A DNA stretch of 64,000 nucleotides. Origin: Gammaproteobacteria bacterium (GTDB taxonomy: Bacteria; Pseudomonadota; Gammaproteobacteria; G965277405). The position numbers and the translations under genes were made by a program. Of this stretch, positions 41,182 to 52,028 are shown in pieces. Location of the stretch: the NCBI GenBank assembly GCA_965277405.1, contig OZ255726.1, positions 320,001 through 384,000 of the forward strand. The letters run 5' to 3'. The notes beneath the pieces were generated by a model. That model did no database searches, had not been told where the DNA came from, and saw only the letters and a list, made by a program, of their open reading frames with translations. Positions within the stretch are counted from its first letter, which is position 1. Each line of letters begins with the position of its first letter.

Positions 41182-41868
41182 TTGGCTACCGTTATTCAAC
41201 AAAATACACTATTTCAGCAGGGGGTTCGCAGCTTTGTGCGGCGGCAAGGCAGGGTCACCAAAGCACAGCAGCGTGCTTTGGACACCTTACGCCAGCAGTT
41301 TGTGCTGGATAACTATCTGCCATTGGATGCAGCAGCAGTATTTGGCAATGACAAACCATTGTGGTTAGATATTGGTTTTGGCATGGGTGAAAGTACTCTA
41401 TACTACGCACTAGCAAATCCAGATATCAATCTGATAGCTGTAGATATCTATCGAGCAGGCATAGGGGCATTATTAATGAAATTAGCCGCGCATAACCTCG
41501 CAAATGTCCGTGTATATGATAACGATGTTGTTAACCTGATAGCGCAACGTCTATTCACTGAAACGACCTTTGCACAAATACTAGTGCTGCATCCAGATCC
41601 ATGGCCGAAGAACAAACACCATAAACGCCGTTTGTTACAAACAACATTCCTCCAGCAGCTAGCGCGACTATTGTCTGCTAGCGGCAAGATTGATTTGCGC
41701 ACCGATGATTGCAGTTATGCAGCGCACATAGACAAAGTTATCGAACAACTCGCAGCAACGCTGCGGATGCAATCTGTAAATCTTGTGCGTCCAAGTACAT
41801 CTTTTTTTAAAAAATCCCAACACAGGCAACACGCAATTTTTGATTATTGCCTCTGCCAGACAACATGA
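41182..41868 (+). CDS. trmB: tRNA (guanine-N7)-methyltransferase
   Basis: [33 protein letters not shown]. Confidence 0.93.
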   Translation: MATVIQQNTLFQQGVRSFVRRQGRVTKAQQRALDTLRQQFVLDNYLPLDAAAVFGNDKPLWLDIGFGMGESTLYYALANPDINLIAVDIYRAGIGALLMKLAAHNLANVRVYDNDVVNLIAQRLFTETTFAQILVLHPDPWPKNKHHKRRLLQTTFLQQLARLLSASGKIDLRTDDCSYAAHIDKVIEQLAATLRMQSVNLVRPSTSFFKKSQHRQHAIFDYCLCQTT

Positions 41869-41872
41869 TTAC

Positions 41873-44122
41873 ATGAACCAACCCGTTAGTACACAGCACT
41901 ATCAAATTGAACTTAGCACGTTTGTAGAAAAGGCGTATCTTGATTATTCAATGTATGTAATTTTAGACAGAGCATTACCGCATATTGGCGATGGGTTAAA
42001 ACCAGTTCAGCGCAGAATTGTGTATGCAATGTCTGAACTAGGATTGAAGCATTCAGCAAAATTTAAAAAATCAGCGCGGACAATTGGCGACGTGCTGGGT
42101 AAGTTTCACCCCCATGGTGACCAAGCATGTTACGAAGCCATGGTGTTGTTAGCGCAGGATTTTTCTACCAGGTATCCATTGGTAGAAGGTCAGGGAAACT
42201 GGGGATCTGCTGATAACCCGAAGTCATTTGCAGCGATGCGGTATACCGAAGCGCGGTTACACGCGTATGCAAAAACTTTGCTTGATGAACTCCATCTTGG
42301 CACGGTGCCATGGACTGGCAATTTTGATAATACCATGCAAGAGCCCACGCTACTCCCCGCACAATTACCAAATGTGTTGCTCAACGGCACGACTGGCATT
42401 GCAGTTGGTATGGCAACAGATATCCCCCCGCATAATTTGCAAGAAGTCATGCGCAGTTGCATGTTGTTGCTAAAAAATCCTACAGCAACACTCAGCGAAG
42501 TCATGCAATATATTAAAGGCCCAGACTTTGCCAGTGGTGGTGAGATTATTTCTCCACCATCGGCACTCAAAGAAATGTACACAACAGGGCGCGGGACAAT
42601 ACAACTGCGCGCGGCATATACAATTGAAAAAAGCGGAGATGTGGTCATCCACCAGCTGCCACATCAAACCTCTGGCAGCAAAATATTGGAGCAAATTGCT
42701 GCACAAATGCAATTAAAGAACCTGCCGATGTTGCAAGATATTCGTGACGAATCTGACCACGAACAGCCAATACGTTTGGTGTTAGTGTCACGCAATAAGC
42801 AGCTTGATAGTGCGGCGCTGATGGGTCATTTATTTGCCACAACAGATCTTGAACGCACCCAAAAATGCAACCTCAACATGATTGGGATAAACGGCAAACC
42901 GCAGGTCAAGCCGTTGCTAGCAGTGCTCCATGAGTGGCTAGAATTTCGCCAAAGAACAGTAGTAAACCGCTTACAGCAGCGCTTAGCAGCTGTGCTTAAC
43001 CGACTACATCTGCTCGATGGCTTGTTGATTGCCTATCTTAATATTGATGAAGTTATTGCGATTATTCGCAGCAACGACAAACCCAAGCCGGTGCTAATAG
43101 CACGTTTTACCTTAAGTAATCACCAAGCAGAAACTGTTTTAGAACTGCGCTTGCGCCAGCTAGCAAAGCTTGAAGAGCAAAAAATTCGTGGCGAAATTGC
43201 TGCGCTCAGCCAAGAACGCAAGGAATTAGAGACAACACTAGCGAGCAAGGATTTACAAAAAGAGCTGATGTATACAGAGTTTGAATCGCTAACACAGCGC
43301 CTTAGCGATAGCCGCCGCACACAGCTGGTGCAGCGTGCACCAGCGCAAGCACTGCGCCTTGAAGATACAATAAACAATGATCCTGTGACTATCGTATTGT
43401 CGCAACAAGCGTGGATTCGTGCAGCAAAAGGACATGATTTTAACCCAGAATCGCTGAGTTATAAGCAAGGCGATGGACTGTTAGCCCTCACAGAAGGACG
43501 CAATAATCAGTTCGTCACTTTGTTATCTGGACAAGGGCGAACGTATAGCGTGTTAGCCTCGAAACTGCCGTCAGCCCGCAGCCAAGGAGAACCGCTGTCA
43601 GGGCGATTTGATTTGCCGAATAAAACAGCAATACCCACGATGGTCTGTGCTGCTAACGAGGAATGGTTTTTGCTCGCATGCGACAATGGCTACGGCTATG
43701 TATGTCAGCACCAGGATATGATTGCTGCAAAAAAAGCAGGAAAACAGCAGTTAAGCGTGGCACAGCATAGCAAAGTACTGCCAGCATTAGCGATTGCAAA
43801 CATCCGTGAACAATCTGTCGTGTGTATTACCACGACTGGGCGTATGCTCATCATTGCATTAGCGGAACTACCGCAATTGGTGAAAGGAAAAGGTAATAAA
43901 ATTATACATATTCCAGTAAAACAGCTCAATAATCGCCAAGAATATGTGACCGCACAGTGCATTATCGCAGCAGATCAACACTTAAAACTCACAGCAGGAC
44001 GCCGCGCCTTCACTCTCAAACCTAGTGTCTGGCAATTATATTGCGGTGAACGTGCGCACCGCGGTCAATTGCTACCACAAGGACTGCGGCGAATTCAACA
44101 GGTAGAGGTCATTGCGCAATAG
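41873..44122 (+). CDS. parC: DNA topoisomerase IV subunit A
   Basis: [41 protein letters not shown]. Confidence 0.97.
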   Translation: MNQPVSTQHYQIELSTFVEKAYLDYSMYVILDRALPHIGDGLKPVQRRIVYAMSELGLKHSAKFKKSARTIGDVLGKFHPHGDQACYEAMVLLAQDFSTRYPLVEGQGNWGSADNPKSFAAMRYTEARLHAYAKTLLDELHLGTVPWTGNFDNTMQEPTLLPAQLPNVLLNGTTGIAVGMATDIPPHNLQEVMRSCMLLLKNPTATLSEVMQYIKGPDFASGGEIISPPSALKEMYTTGRGTIQLRAAYTIEKSGDVVIHQLPHQTSGSKILEQIAAQMQLKNLPMLQDIRDESDHEQPIRLVLVSRNKQLDSAALMGHLFATTDLERTQKCNLNMIGINGKPQVKPLLAVLHEWLEFRQRTVVNRLQQRLAAVLNRLHLLDGLLIAYLNIDEVIAIIRSNDKPKPVLIARFTLSNHQAETVLELRLRQLAKLEEQKIRGEIAALSQERKELETTLASKDLQKELMYTEFESLTQRLSDSRRTQLVQRAPAQALRLEDTINNDPVTIVLSQQAWIRAAKGHDFNPESLSYKQGDGLLALTEGRNNQFVTLLSGQGRTYSVLASKLPSARSQGEPLSGRFDLPNKTAIPTMVCAANEEWFLLACDNGYGYVCQHQDMIAAKKAGKQQLSVAQHSKVLPALAIANIREQSVVCITTTGRMLIIALAELPQLVKGKGNKIIHIPVKQLNNRQEYVTAQCIIAADQHLKLTAGRRAFTLKPSVWQLYCGERAHRGQLLPQGLRRIQQVEVIAQ

Positions 44123-44194
44123 CAATCCAAATCGAAATGTACTATCTTGCTGATCATTCAATTTCTCCATACTTCCTCATTTCACGACTCCATT

Positions 44195-44605
44195 ATGAAT
44201 ATCAAGTCTATAATATTAACGCCAATTATCTTGTGGGCTGTTGCCAACTACGCGGTTGCTGCAGTGGCGGTGACTGATGCTTGGGTGCGCAATAATCCAA
44301 GCGCTGTCCACGCTGGGTATATGACGATTACCAGCGACCGTGATACAGTTTTAATCTCCGCAGCATCAGCAGGTGTAGACTCAATTGAAATCCATGCAAT
44401 GTCGCTGCGAGCAGGCGTGATGCATATGCAACGCATTGCTAAGCTGGCTCTGCCAAAAAACACAGCGGTGCAATTCAAGCCAGGTGGCTATCATTTGATG
44501 ATTTTCGGTAACTTGCAGCAAGCAGACACCTTGCCTATAACCCTCAAATTTGGTAACGGTGAGCAAATCACAGTACAATATGCTATCCATAAACAACACA
44601 ACTAA
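44195..44605 (+). CDS. Copper chaperone PCu(A)C
   Basis: AWVR, EIH.M...GVMHM, PGGYHLM. Confidence 0.9.
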   Translation: MNIKSIILTPIILWAVANYAVAAVAVTDAWVRNNPSAVHAGYMTITSDRDTVLISAASAGVDSIEIHAMSLRAGVMHMQRIAKLALPKNTAVQFKPGGYHLMIFGNLQQADTLPITLKFGNGEQITVQYAIHKQHN

Positions 44606-44606
44606 T

Positions 44607-45170
44607 ATGCAACACATAGCCGCTGTTCTGCTTGGAATTGTTTTCCTTACAAGTTGTGCAAAAAAGCCGTCACCATATGAAAATCTTGGCGGTGATTTCG
44701 TGCTATCGAGCATTCAAGGACCAGTTGCGCTTAGTGATTTCCATGGTGAGGTGGCGGTGCTTTTTTTTGGTTTTTTAAACTGCCCCGATGTTTGTCCCAG
44801 TACCCTGAGTACCTTATCGAAAGCGCTTGATCTTATTGCCAAGGAAGACCGGCAGAAAATCCAGCCGCTGATGATTGGGCTGGATCATAGCCGAGATACT
44901 CCAGCGGCTATGGCGACATACGTTCGCTATTTTATCCCAGATATGATTGGGTTAAGCGGCAGCAAGCCTGCCTTAAAAAATATCACCAAACGGTATGGGG
45001 CGTACTTCGCAGTTGTGGCTGCGCCAGATTCAAACATAGGGTATACCATTGCGCATACCTCAAAGATATACATTATTGATGGCAACGGTAACATCAGCAA
45101 TATGCTGGATTACACAACTGCACCTACACAGCTTGCTGCAGCAATAGCAGCGGTGATTGACAGCTTGTGA
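44607..45170 (+). CDS. SCO family copper lipoprotein
   Basis: Lipobox LTSC, FGFLNCPDVCP, YTIAHT. Confidence 0.92.
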   Translation: MQHIAAVLLGIVFLTSCAKKPSPYENLGGDFVLSSIQGPVALSDFHGEVAVLFFGFLNCPDVCPSTLSTLSKALDLIAKEDRQKIQPLMIGLDHSRDTPAAMATYVRYFIPDMIGLSGSKPALKNITKRYGAYFAVVAAPDSNIGYTIAHTSKIYIIDGNGNISNMLDYTTAPTQLAAAIAAVIDSL

Positions 45171-46240
45171 TTGCGTTGTTGCAGGACTATTTCCATTGGT
45201 GGGTGCAAGCCATTGCGGTGATTATTATTAGTGCTGCCGGCAGCTTTGTTGCCGGCTTCATATTGCGAAAAATCATTCGTCAATCACACAAAACAAAAAC
45301 TTTTTTAGATGAAGTGTTGTTGGAATCCGCACTCGCCCCAGTTAAATTATTCATCCAAGCCATCGGCGCTCATGTTGCTATTTACATTATAGAAAGTGAA
45401 AGACACACAACACTGCTAGCATTTGTGGCACTGCATTTTACATCGGTGTATTGGGTATTACTCGCCTGGTTTATTAGTCGGTTTATCAATAGAATTGAAA
45501 AAAAATACCTGACGTTATACCAGTCTGGCGCACAAATTAAAGGGGATATCACCACCGTTACGGCGATCACAAAAATATCCAGAATTGCCCTGCTATTGGT
45601 AGTTGTATTATACGTACTACAAGAATTTGGTTTTAATATAAATAGCTTACTCGCAGCTGGGGGTATTGGTGGCTTGGCGGTTGGGTTGGCAGCAAGAGAT
45701 CTACTCGCCAATATTTTTGGTGGGGTGATGCTATACTTTGAAAAACCGTTCAAAGTTGGTGACTGGGTGCGCTCACCAGATAGAGATATAGAAGGTACCG
45801 TTGAAGAAATAGGTTTGCGTAGCACGCGCATCCTCACTTTTAAAAGCCGACCGTTATACGTGCCAAATTCAATCTTTACCACGATGACGATTGAAAATGC
45901 ATCGCGCATGACAAATCGCAGAATATATGAAATCATTGGTCTACGCTATGACGATGCGCCGCATATCAAAAGTATAGTGGATGCAATCGAGCAGATGTTG
46001 CGCCAGCATGCAGCTATCGATCAACAACAAACACTCATGGTCAATTTTAACGAATTTGCGCAATCATCGCTCAACATGTTTGTGTATTGTTTTACGCTGA
46101 CAACACAGTGGGAGGAATTTCATAGCGTCAAGCAGGACGTGCTGTTTCAAATGCTGAGTATTATCGCAGCGCACGATGCACAGATTGCCTTCCCAACTTC
46201 AGTCATTCACGTTGATACACTATTGACTCAACAACAATAA
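45167..46240 (+). CDS. MscS-family mechanosensitive channel
   Basis: GIGGLAVGLAA.DLLAN.FGG, PFKVGDW, GTVEEIG.RST, VPNS. Confidence 0.92.
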   Translation: MIALLQDYFHWWVQAIAVIIISAAGSFVAGFILRKIIRQSHKTKTFLDEVLLESALAPVKLFIQAIGAHVAIYIIESERHTTLLAFVALHFTSVYWVLLAWFISRFINRIEKKYLTLYQSGAQIKGDITTVTAITKISRIALLLVVVLYVLQEFGFNINSLLAAGGIGGLAVGLAARDLLANIFGGVMLYFEKPFKVGDWVRSPDRDIEGTVEEIGLRSTRILTFKSRPLYVPNSIFTTMTIENASRMTNRRIYEIIGLRYDDAPHIKSIVDAIEQMLRQHAAIDQQQTLMVNFNEFAQSSLNMFVYCFTLTTQWEEFHSVKQDVLFQMLSIIAAHDAQIAFPTSVIHVDTLLTQQQ

Positions 46241-46250
46241 GGTATTGCCG

Positions 46251-48989
46251 ATGAAGTGCTTGTTGCTATTAATAATTATGCTGTTAGTGGGTTGCGCGCA
46301 GCTAAATATACCATCAGCTAAACTCCAAACCCTAGCCGTAGACCGCGCCATTGATACCAATCAATATGCCTACACCACACTCGACAACGGCTTGCAAGTG
46401 TTGTTAATCCAAAGCAAACAATCAACTGCTGCGCTAAGCATAGACTTTAATGTGGGCAGTGAGCACAACCCGCCGCGCTTTCTTGGTCTGGCGCATTATT
46501 TAGAGCACATGTTGTTTTTAGGTAACCAACAATACCCTGAGCCAGATGAATATTTTTCTTTTATCAATCAGCACGGGGGCTTGACCAATGCCACCACCTC
46601 TGGCAACAACACCAATTATTATTTTACGATTGATACCAAGTTGTTAGCACCCGCTACCAAGCGTTTGGCAGCATTGTTTCAACAACCTACATTCGATCCG
46701 CAATATTCACGCGATGAAATAGGCATTATTGACGCGGAATTTCAACGCCATACGAGTTCAGACGGCCGGGTATACTATGCGGCTCGCAGACAACTGCTTA
46801 ATCCAATCCATCCAGCCAGCCGCTTTGCCACTGGTAATACCGCAACACTGACGCAGCACGGTATTCCCGCACTCAACGTTGCTCTACGTAAATTTTTTAT
46901 CGATAACTACGTAGCCAATCGTGCTGTAGTTGCCGTGGAATCAAGTTTGCCAATCGCAGCAATGCTGGCAATCGTCACAGATAATTTTGCAACGTTACCA
47001 CAAGATATTACCAGCAAGCCGACAATAGCCACCGCATCACGGTATGCATATGTTCCAAGCTCAATGTGTATTCAAGCTCGCAACCTCTCATGGAATGTTG
47101 ACTGGAAGTTTCGTATTCCACCGCAAAAACAATTTATCGACGAAAAGTATATCGGCTATATCAGCTATCTGCTAGACGATCAAGCAAGCGGCTCACTCGC
47201 GGCTGAGTTACTCAGCCGCAATTGGGTAACATATTTCTCTGCTGGTGGATTTGACAACCAATTCGTAGCAAGCTTCATCCACGTTTCAATGTCGCTTACC
47301 CCAGCAGGATATGCAAATATTAACCACATTGAAGGCATGCTGTATGGCTATATCCAAGCAATGTCTCGGCTCACTACGCACCAACAGTTATATCAACAAT
47401 ACGCAAAAATTATCCAGCTACACTGGCAATTCAGTCCAATGCTAGCACCGCTCACCCAGGTTCGTGATGCAGCACGGCTGCTCCATGAATATAGCTATGA
47501 TCAGCTGTATACAACGCCGCTACAATTTCCTCAATTAAATCAAGTTAAGCTGTTGCGACTATTAAATGCCCTTAGCGCCGCCAATACCGTGCGCACCACC
47601 ACTGTACCAGAGTGTAGCGCCACTCCAGCAACAATCCACACAGAGCCATTATTTGGCACCAACTACACCACCAACCAAGCGCCAGTATTTGCCAAAGCCA
47701 TCCCTTGGACGCAACAGCGCACGCTCAACCCGTTTATCCCGAAAAACACCAGTTTAATAGATGCAACGAATGACATTCACCTCGTGCAAAACTCCCCGTA
47801 TCTACATTGGCATGCAACGCAAACCATTCATCCGATTCCTAAAGCTGCAATATATATTAGTCTGCAAAATGCACGGTATACCGACCCAAAAACACAAGCA
47901 TTGCTTGAAATATATATCAATATCCTGCAAAAACAATTACAGCCAGATCTATATCAAGCCAAAGTAATTGGCAACCATGTGGTTGCAAGTAGCAACTTCA
48001 ATGGCGTGACAATCCGCGCCAACGGCTACAGTGATACTATTGTGAGCACGCTTGAACTTTTTATTGCCAAGTTGTTGGCAAAAGACATCAACCAAGCAGA
48101 ATTTAAAAATGCTCAACAACAACTCATGCGCGAGCTCCAAAATGCAAAAAATGCCAGAGTTAGCAATCGTTTAAGCGACCAACTCAACGCCCATCTACAA
48201 CCGCAATACACCTCGTATGCCAACCGTGAACGTAGCGTAGCAACGCTCAAATGGAGCGATTGGCTAGCTATTCGCGCTGGATTAGTGGCGAGCGACTCGA
48301 TTACAGTGCTCAGTATTGGCAATATTACGCCACAACAAGCCAAAGATGCTATTGAAAAAATGCAATTGCCATATGGACCACAACAAGATATCAGCCAGCC
48401 ACATATCAACATCATTGCTCAACAACAGCATATACACAGCACCCTCAACCCGAATGAAACCACGAATATTGCCTTTATTTACCTGCAAACCAAACAAGCC
48501 ACCCCACGTACCCGCTTACTCACAGCATTAGCCGCAGCCGCACAACGTGATATTTTTTTTAAACAACTGCGCACCGAAGAAAACATTGGCTATGCCGTTC
48601 GCGTTTCACCATACCCCGTGCTCAACCATCCTGCTCTGTCATGGAGTGTTGAATCAGCAACATTATCAGGCGATGCCATCCAACAACGTATTGCCACATT
48701 TATGGAATGGTCAAAAACCTATATAGCCCAACTTGATACGCCAACATTCAATAAAATTCAACAAGGGCTGTTAACCAAATTACGCAAACCAGAACGCTTT
48801 CTCACCCAAAGGACTGAACGCTTTTGGGATGAAATCCATCGGGATGACAGCGATTTTTTGCGCAACAACACGCAAATTGATATATTACAACAACTCACAC
48901 TTGCCGATCTACAAGCCTTTTACGCCGACTTGCTATCTGGTGAAATACCACAGCACAGCCGCATCATTACCGCAGCGACAGCAAAGTAA
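46251..48989 (+). CDS. M16A insulinase/pitrilysin family metallopeptidase, lipoprotein
   Basis: Lipobox LVGC, GLAHYLEHMLF (HXXEH), NATT, QLRTEENIGY. Confidence 0.9.
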   Translation: MKCLLLLIIMLLVGCAQLNIPSAKLQTLAVDRAIDTNQYAYTTLDNGLQVLLIQSKQSTAALSIDFNVGSEHNPPRFLGLAHYLEHMLFLGNQQYPEPDEYFSFINQHGGLTNATTSGNNTNYYFTIDTKLLAPATKRLAALFQQPTFDPQYSRDEIGIIDAEFQRHTSSDGRVYYAARRQLLNPIHPASRFATGNTATLTQHGIPALNVALRKFFIDNYVANRAVVAVESSLPIAAMLAIVTDNFATLPQDITSKPTIATASRYAYVPSSMCIQARNLSWNVDWKFRIPPQKQFIDEKYIGYISYLLDDQASGSLAAELLSRNWVTYFSAGGFDNQFVASFIHVSMSLTPAGYANINHIEGMLYGYIQAMSRLTTHQQLYQQYAKIIQLHWQFSPMLAPLTQVRDAARLLHEYSYDQLYTTPLQFPQLNQVKLLRLLNALSAANTVRTTTVPECSATPATIHTEPLFGTNYTTNQAPVFAKAIPWTQQRTLNPFIPKNTSLIDATNDIHLVQNSPYLHWHATQTIHPIPKAAIYISLQNARYTDPKTQALLEIYINILQKQLQPDLYQAKVIGNHVVASSNFNGVTIRANGYSDTIVSTLELFIAKLLAKDINQAEFKNAQQQLMRELQNAKNARVSNRLSDQLNAHLQPQYTSYANRERSVATLKWSDWLAIRAGLVASDSITVLSIGNITPQQAKDAIEKMQLPYGPQQDISQPHINIIAQQQHIHSTLNPNETTNIAFIYLQTKQATPRTRLLTALAAAAQRDIFFKQLRTEENIGYAVRVSPYPVLNHPALSWSVESATLSGDAIQQRIATFMEWSKTYIAQLDTPTFNKIQQGLLTKLRKPERFLTQRTERFWDEIHRDDSDFLRNNTQIDILQQLTLADLQAFYADLLSGEIPQHSRIITAATAK

Positions 48990-49024
48990 ATTCAGCCAAG
49001 TCAAACGCATGATACGCTATCTGT

Positions 49025-49150
49025 AGGAACCTCTGCTGCAGTTGCTAATGCAACGAGTTTGCCTGCAAGCGCAGATGATTGCAAGGCACAAGCGGCGCAT
49101 GCCGTAGCATATACGCCAACAGCTGCAGCACAGCCGCAAACCGTTGATAT
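49025..49150 (+). mobile_element. Degenerate partial MITE copy downstream of tRNA-Leu
   Basis: GGAACCTCTG...CGAGTTTGCCTGCAA...GATGATTGCAAGGC...GCGCATGCCGTAGCATATACGCCAA. Confidence 0.8.
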
Positions 49151-49164
49151 TAATAAATATATGA

Positions 49165-49247
49165 TGCCGAAGAACGGACTCGAACCGTCACGAGCTGTTG
49201 CCCACTACCCCCTCAAGATAGCGTGTCTACCAATTCCACCACTTCGG
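49165..49247 (-). tRNA. tRNA-Leu(GAG)
   Basis: GCCGAAG/CTTCGGC stem, CTATC-TTGAGGG-GGTAG anticodon arm, long variable arm; follows secG; 3' end reads TCA, not CCA. Confidence 0.93.
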
Positions 49248-49257
49248 CTAATCGTTG

Positions 49258-49920
49258 CTACTGTATTGCAAACTCAACTGCGTTGTGCTGCGTTTGCTTA
49301 ACTTGGCTAATACGTACAGCTAGCGCAGGTATATTATTATCACGCAAAGCAGCGTCTATCTTTGTTAACAGTGCTTGCGCGTTGTCTCCACTGGCGCGAA
49401 TGGCTACGACTTGCTGGGGGTATTGTCCCAACAGCGTTGCAAATTGTCGCAACATGTCTAATGCCGCGCTATCGAGTGACTGTGTTATGCCATCGATGGT
49501 AATTGCACTCACAAAACCAACACCTGTTGCGAGTTGCTCAACACCAAATTGTTGCAAAGTTTGGTCGAGTTGCTTCTGGCTCAATACAGTTGGAACTTCA
49601 GGTAAGGCATCAGGGTCGCTAATCTGAGCTGCTGCTTGTTCTTGCAGTCGATCAAGAGTAAGCGCATCAACGTCTATGGATTTGTTGTGTTTATTCCCTG
49701 CTAAGATAGCTAAGCCCAAACTGGTCACTACAAAGCCGATTGAAAGAAACGCTGTCAATTTAAAAAAGAATGAAGCAGGCCCTCTACTGCCAAAAACGGT
49801 GTTCGATGAACCGCCACCAAAAGACGCGCCCATTCCTGTGCCTTTTCCCTGCTGCAGCAACACCAATGCAACAATAGCAATTGCAATAACCGTGTGGACT
49901 ATGAGTGCGATATTATCCAT
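49258..49920 (-). CDS. secG: Preprotein translocase SecG with a long C-terminal extension
   Basis: LVLLQQGKG..MGASFGGG.S.TVFGS.G...F..LT; tpiA-secG-tRNA-Leu synteny; 220 aa. Confidence 0.9.
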   Translation of the reverse strand: MDNIALIVHTVIAIAIVALVLLQQGKGTGMGASFGGGSSNTVFGSRGPASFFFKLTAFLSIGFVVTSLGLAILAGNKHNKSIDVDALTLDRLQEQAAAQISDPDALPEVPTVLSQKQLDQTLQQFGVEQLATGVGFVSAITIDGITQSLDSAALDMLRQFATLLGQYPQQVVAIRASGDNAQALLTKIDAALRDNNIPALAVRISQVKQTQHNAVEFAIQ

Positions 49921-50070
49921 GTATGTATACGTAAGAAATGGGGACGGCGAAAGATACCGTAACAATGAAAATATTCAAGCCAACACTGCGCAAATAGCGC
50001 GCAGCTTTGACACTAATAATATTAAACGAAAGAATAACTGTCGCAAAACCGATGGTAAAAATTGCAACCA

Positions 50071-50790
50071 TTAACTTGCTGCAAGCAAGTCATTCAAGCG
50101 TTGCCAGCTATTATATTCCAGCGAGGAACGACCGACAAGCGCGCCATCAATATCTGAGCAGCCAAACAATGCTGCGGCATTCTCAGGATTCACACTGCCG
50201 CCATATAACACGGCTATGTTCAGTGAATACTCTCCAAGCACAGCGCGAATATGTTGATGCATTGCATTCGCTTGCTCAGGACTAGCGGTTTTACCAGTCC
50301 CAATAGCCCAAATAGGTTCGTAGGCAATCATTGCATCGTCTCGCAAACAGGGTGCAATCGCATGCAACTGTGCGGCAACGAATGCGTTGTGGCTAGATTG
50401 TTGCCGTTGTTGCAACGATTCACCCACACACACAACTGTACAGAGTTGTTGTTGATTCGCCTGTTCAATTTTTTGTGATACAATTGCGTCTGTTTCTCCA
50501 AAGTCTTGTCTGCGTTCAGAGTGGCCGATAATACAGTGGCTCGCGCCTGCATCTTTTGCAATCGCTGCGCTTATCTCGCCAGTATGCGCTCCAGCTGCGT
50601 GCTGGTGAATATTCTGCACGCCAAGGTGCATAGCCAAACCCTGCCATTGCGTTATCGCATATCCCAGCAATGGCGCTGGAGGACAAATTATATTTTGATG
50701 GCTGGATGCCGCAGCATAATTGCAAAAATCATCGATAAGCGCACGGCTACCGTGCATTTTCCAGTTAGCAATCAGTGCTTTTGGACGCAT
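50071..50790 (-). CDS. tpiA: Triosephosphate isomerase
   Basis: NWKM, GHSERR, AYEPIWAIGTG, LYGGSV. Confidence 0.96.
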   Translation of the reverse strand: MRPKALIANWKMHGSRALIDDFCNYAAASSHQNIICPPAPLLGYAITQWQGLAMHLGVQNIHQHAAGAHTGEISAAIAKDAGASHCIIGHSERRQDFGETDAIVSQKIEQANQQQLCTVVCVGESLQQRQQSSHNAFVAAQLHAIAPCLRDDAMIAYEPIWAIGTGKTASPEQANAMHQHIRAVLGEYSLNIAVLYGGSVNPENAAALFGCSDIDGALVGRSSLEYNSWQRLNDLLAAS

Positions 50791-51392
50791 TAGGTGCGGC
50801 TGTCACTTTTTTGTACTACTTTCCATAACGCGGGCATCAGCACTGCTGCAATCGCTGTTTTTATGATGTCACCAAGCAAAAACGGAACCATTCCTAAAGC
50901 TAATATTGGTTTATCCCAACCAATCAAAGTCCCAAGCCATGCCAAACCGCACGCATAAATAATGATGTTTCCCACCAGCATTGCGGCTATTGTCAAGGGC
51001 AGTGTTTTGTCCCAACCACGCTGTGCCAGCAGCCCACAAGCAGCTGTTGCTATCACAAATCCAAACAGATAGCCACCTGTTGGTCCAAACATGTAGGCTA
51101 GTCCAATGCCTTGCGCAGGTGTGCCTGCAAACACACTCACGCCAACAGCACCAATAATTAAATAACTGATGACTGTCGATACCGCCAGCTTGTAGCCATA
51201 CGCCATTCCCAATAACAACACCACCAATGTCTGCAGGGTGAATGGTACTGGGTATGCTGGTATTTGTACTTTGGCACTAATAGTAAGCGCTGCAATACCT
51301 GCTGCAACAGCAACAATGTTTTTGTAAACACTGGCTGATTGTGCCGTAAAAATGTGTTGCAGTAAATGTGGTGATGTGGTTGCTGTATTCAT
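50790..51392 (-). CDS. bioY: Biotin transporter BioY
   Basis: PVPFTLQTL, GPTGGYL.GF, PFL.GD..K. Confidence 0.93.
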   Translation of the reverse strand: MNTATTSPHLLQHIFTAQSASVYKNIVAVAAGIAALTISAKVQIPAYPVPFTLQTLVVLLLGMAYGYKLAVSTVISYLIIGAVGVSVFAGTPAQGIGLAYMFGPTGGYLFGFVIATAACGLLAQRGWDKTLPLTIAAMLVGNIIIYACGLAWLGTLIGWDKPILALGMVPFLLGDIIKTAIAAVLMPALWKVVQKSDSRT

Positions 51393-51404
51393 AATAATTC
51401 CTAG

Positions 51405-52001
51405 CTATTGTGGAGGGGCTGTTGTGACCATTGATGGTCGTTGATCGAATGACTCAAACCAAGCAGTCAGTCGTGGTGCAGCGGCGCGCCATGCAAATTC
51501 AGGGTATCTGATGTCTAAATAAGCTAAAGCCACGCCAGTCGTAATTGACCCTAAGTTGATTGAGTCTGTAATCAACTCGCAGCTTTGCTCAAGATAGCCT
51601 AGTGTCCGCTTAATTGCTGTTACAAAGCGTTCGGTCATTTTGGTTGATTGGGTATTCTGCTCGCGCATATTCAATTCAATGAACCGTTGCACTGTTGCGT
51701 CTAACAAGCCATCTGCAATAGCCTGAATATTCAGCAATCGAAAGCGTAAATCTGCGGGTAACATAGAAACCAAACCAAATGTACTAATCAAATATTCACA
51801 AATTAATTTAGAATCAACCAATAAGGTTTGATCGTCTGTAATCAATGCAGGCACTTTACCGATTGGGTTTATATCAGCAACACTGGCGTCAGACCATGGA
51901 TTCATTGTTTCAAGGTCAATTTGGCTGGCAATGCTACCTTCTTGTGCCAGCACTAGTACTTTACGAACAAACGGCGATGTTGGAGTATGGATGAGTCTCA
52001 T
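51405..52001 (-). CDS. Glutathione S-transferase family protein
   Basis: SPFVRKV, NPIGKVPAL, DS..ICEYL, LAYLD.R, RPSM. Confidence 0.9.
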   Translation of the reverse strand: MRLIHTPTSPFVRKVLVLAQEGSIASQIDLETMNPWSDASVADINPIGKVPALITDDQTLLVDSKLICEYLISTFGLVSMLPADLRFRLLNIQAIADGLLDATVQRFIELNMREQNTQSTKMTERFVTAIKRTLGYLEQSCELITDSINLGSITTGVALAYLDIRYPEFAWRAAAPRLTAWFESFDQRPSMVTTAPPQ

Positions 52002-52028
52002 TGTTTTTCTCAATAAATTTGTATGTAC

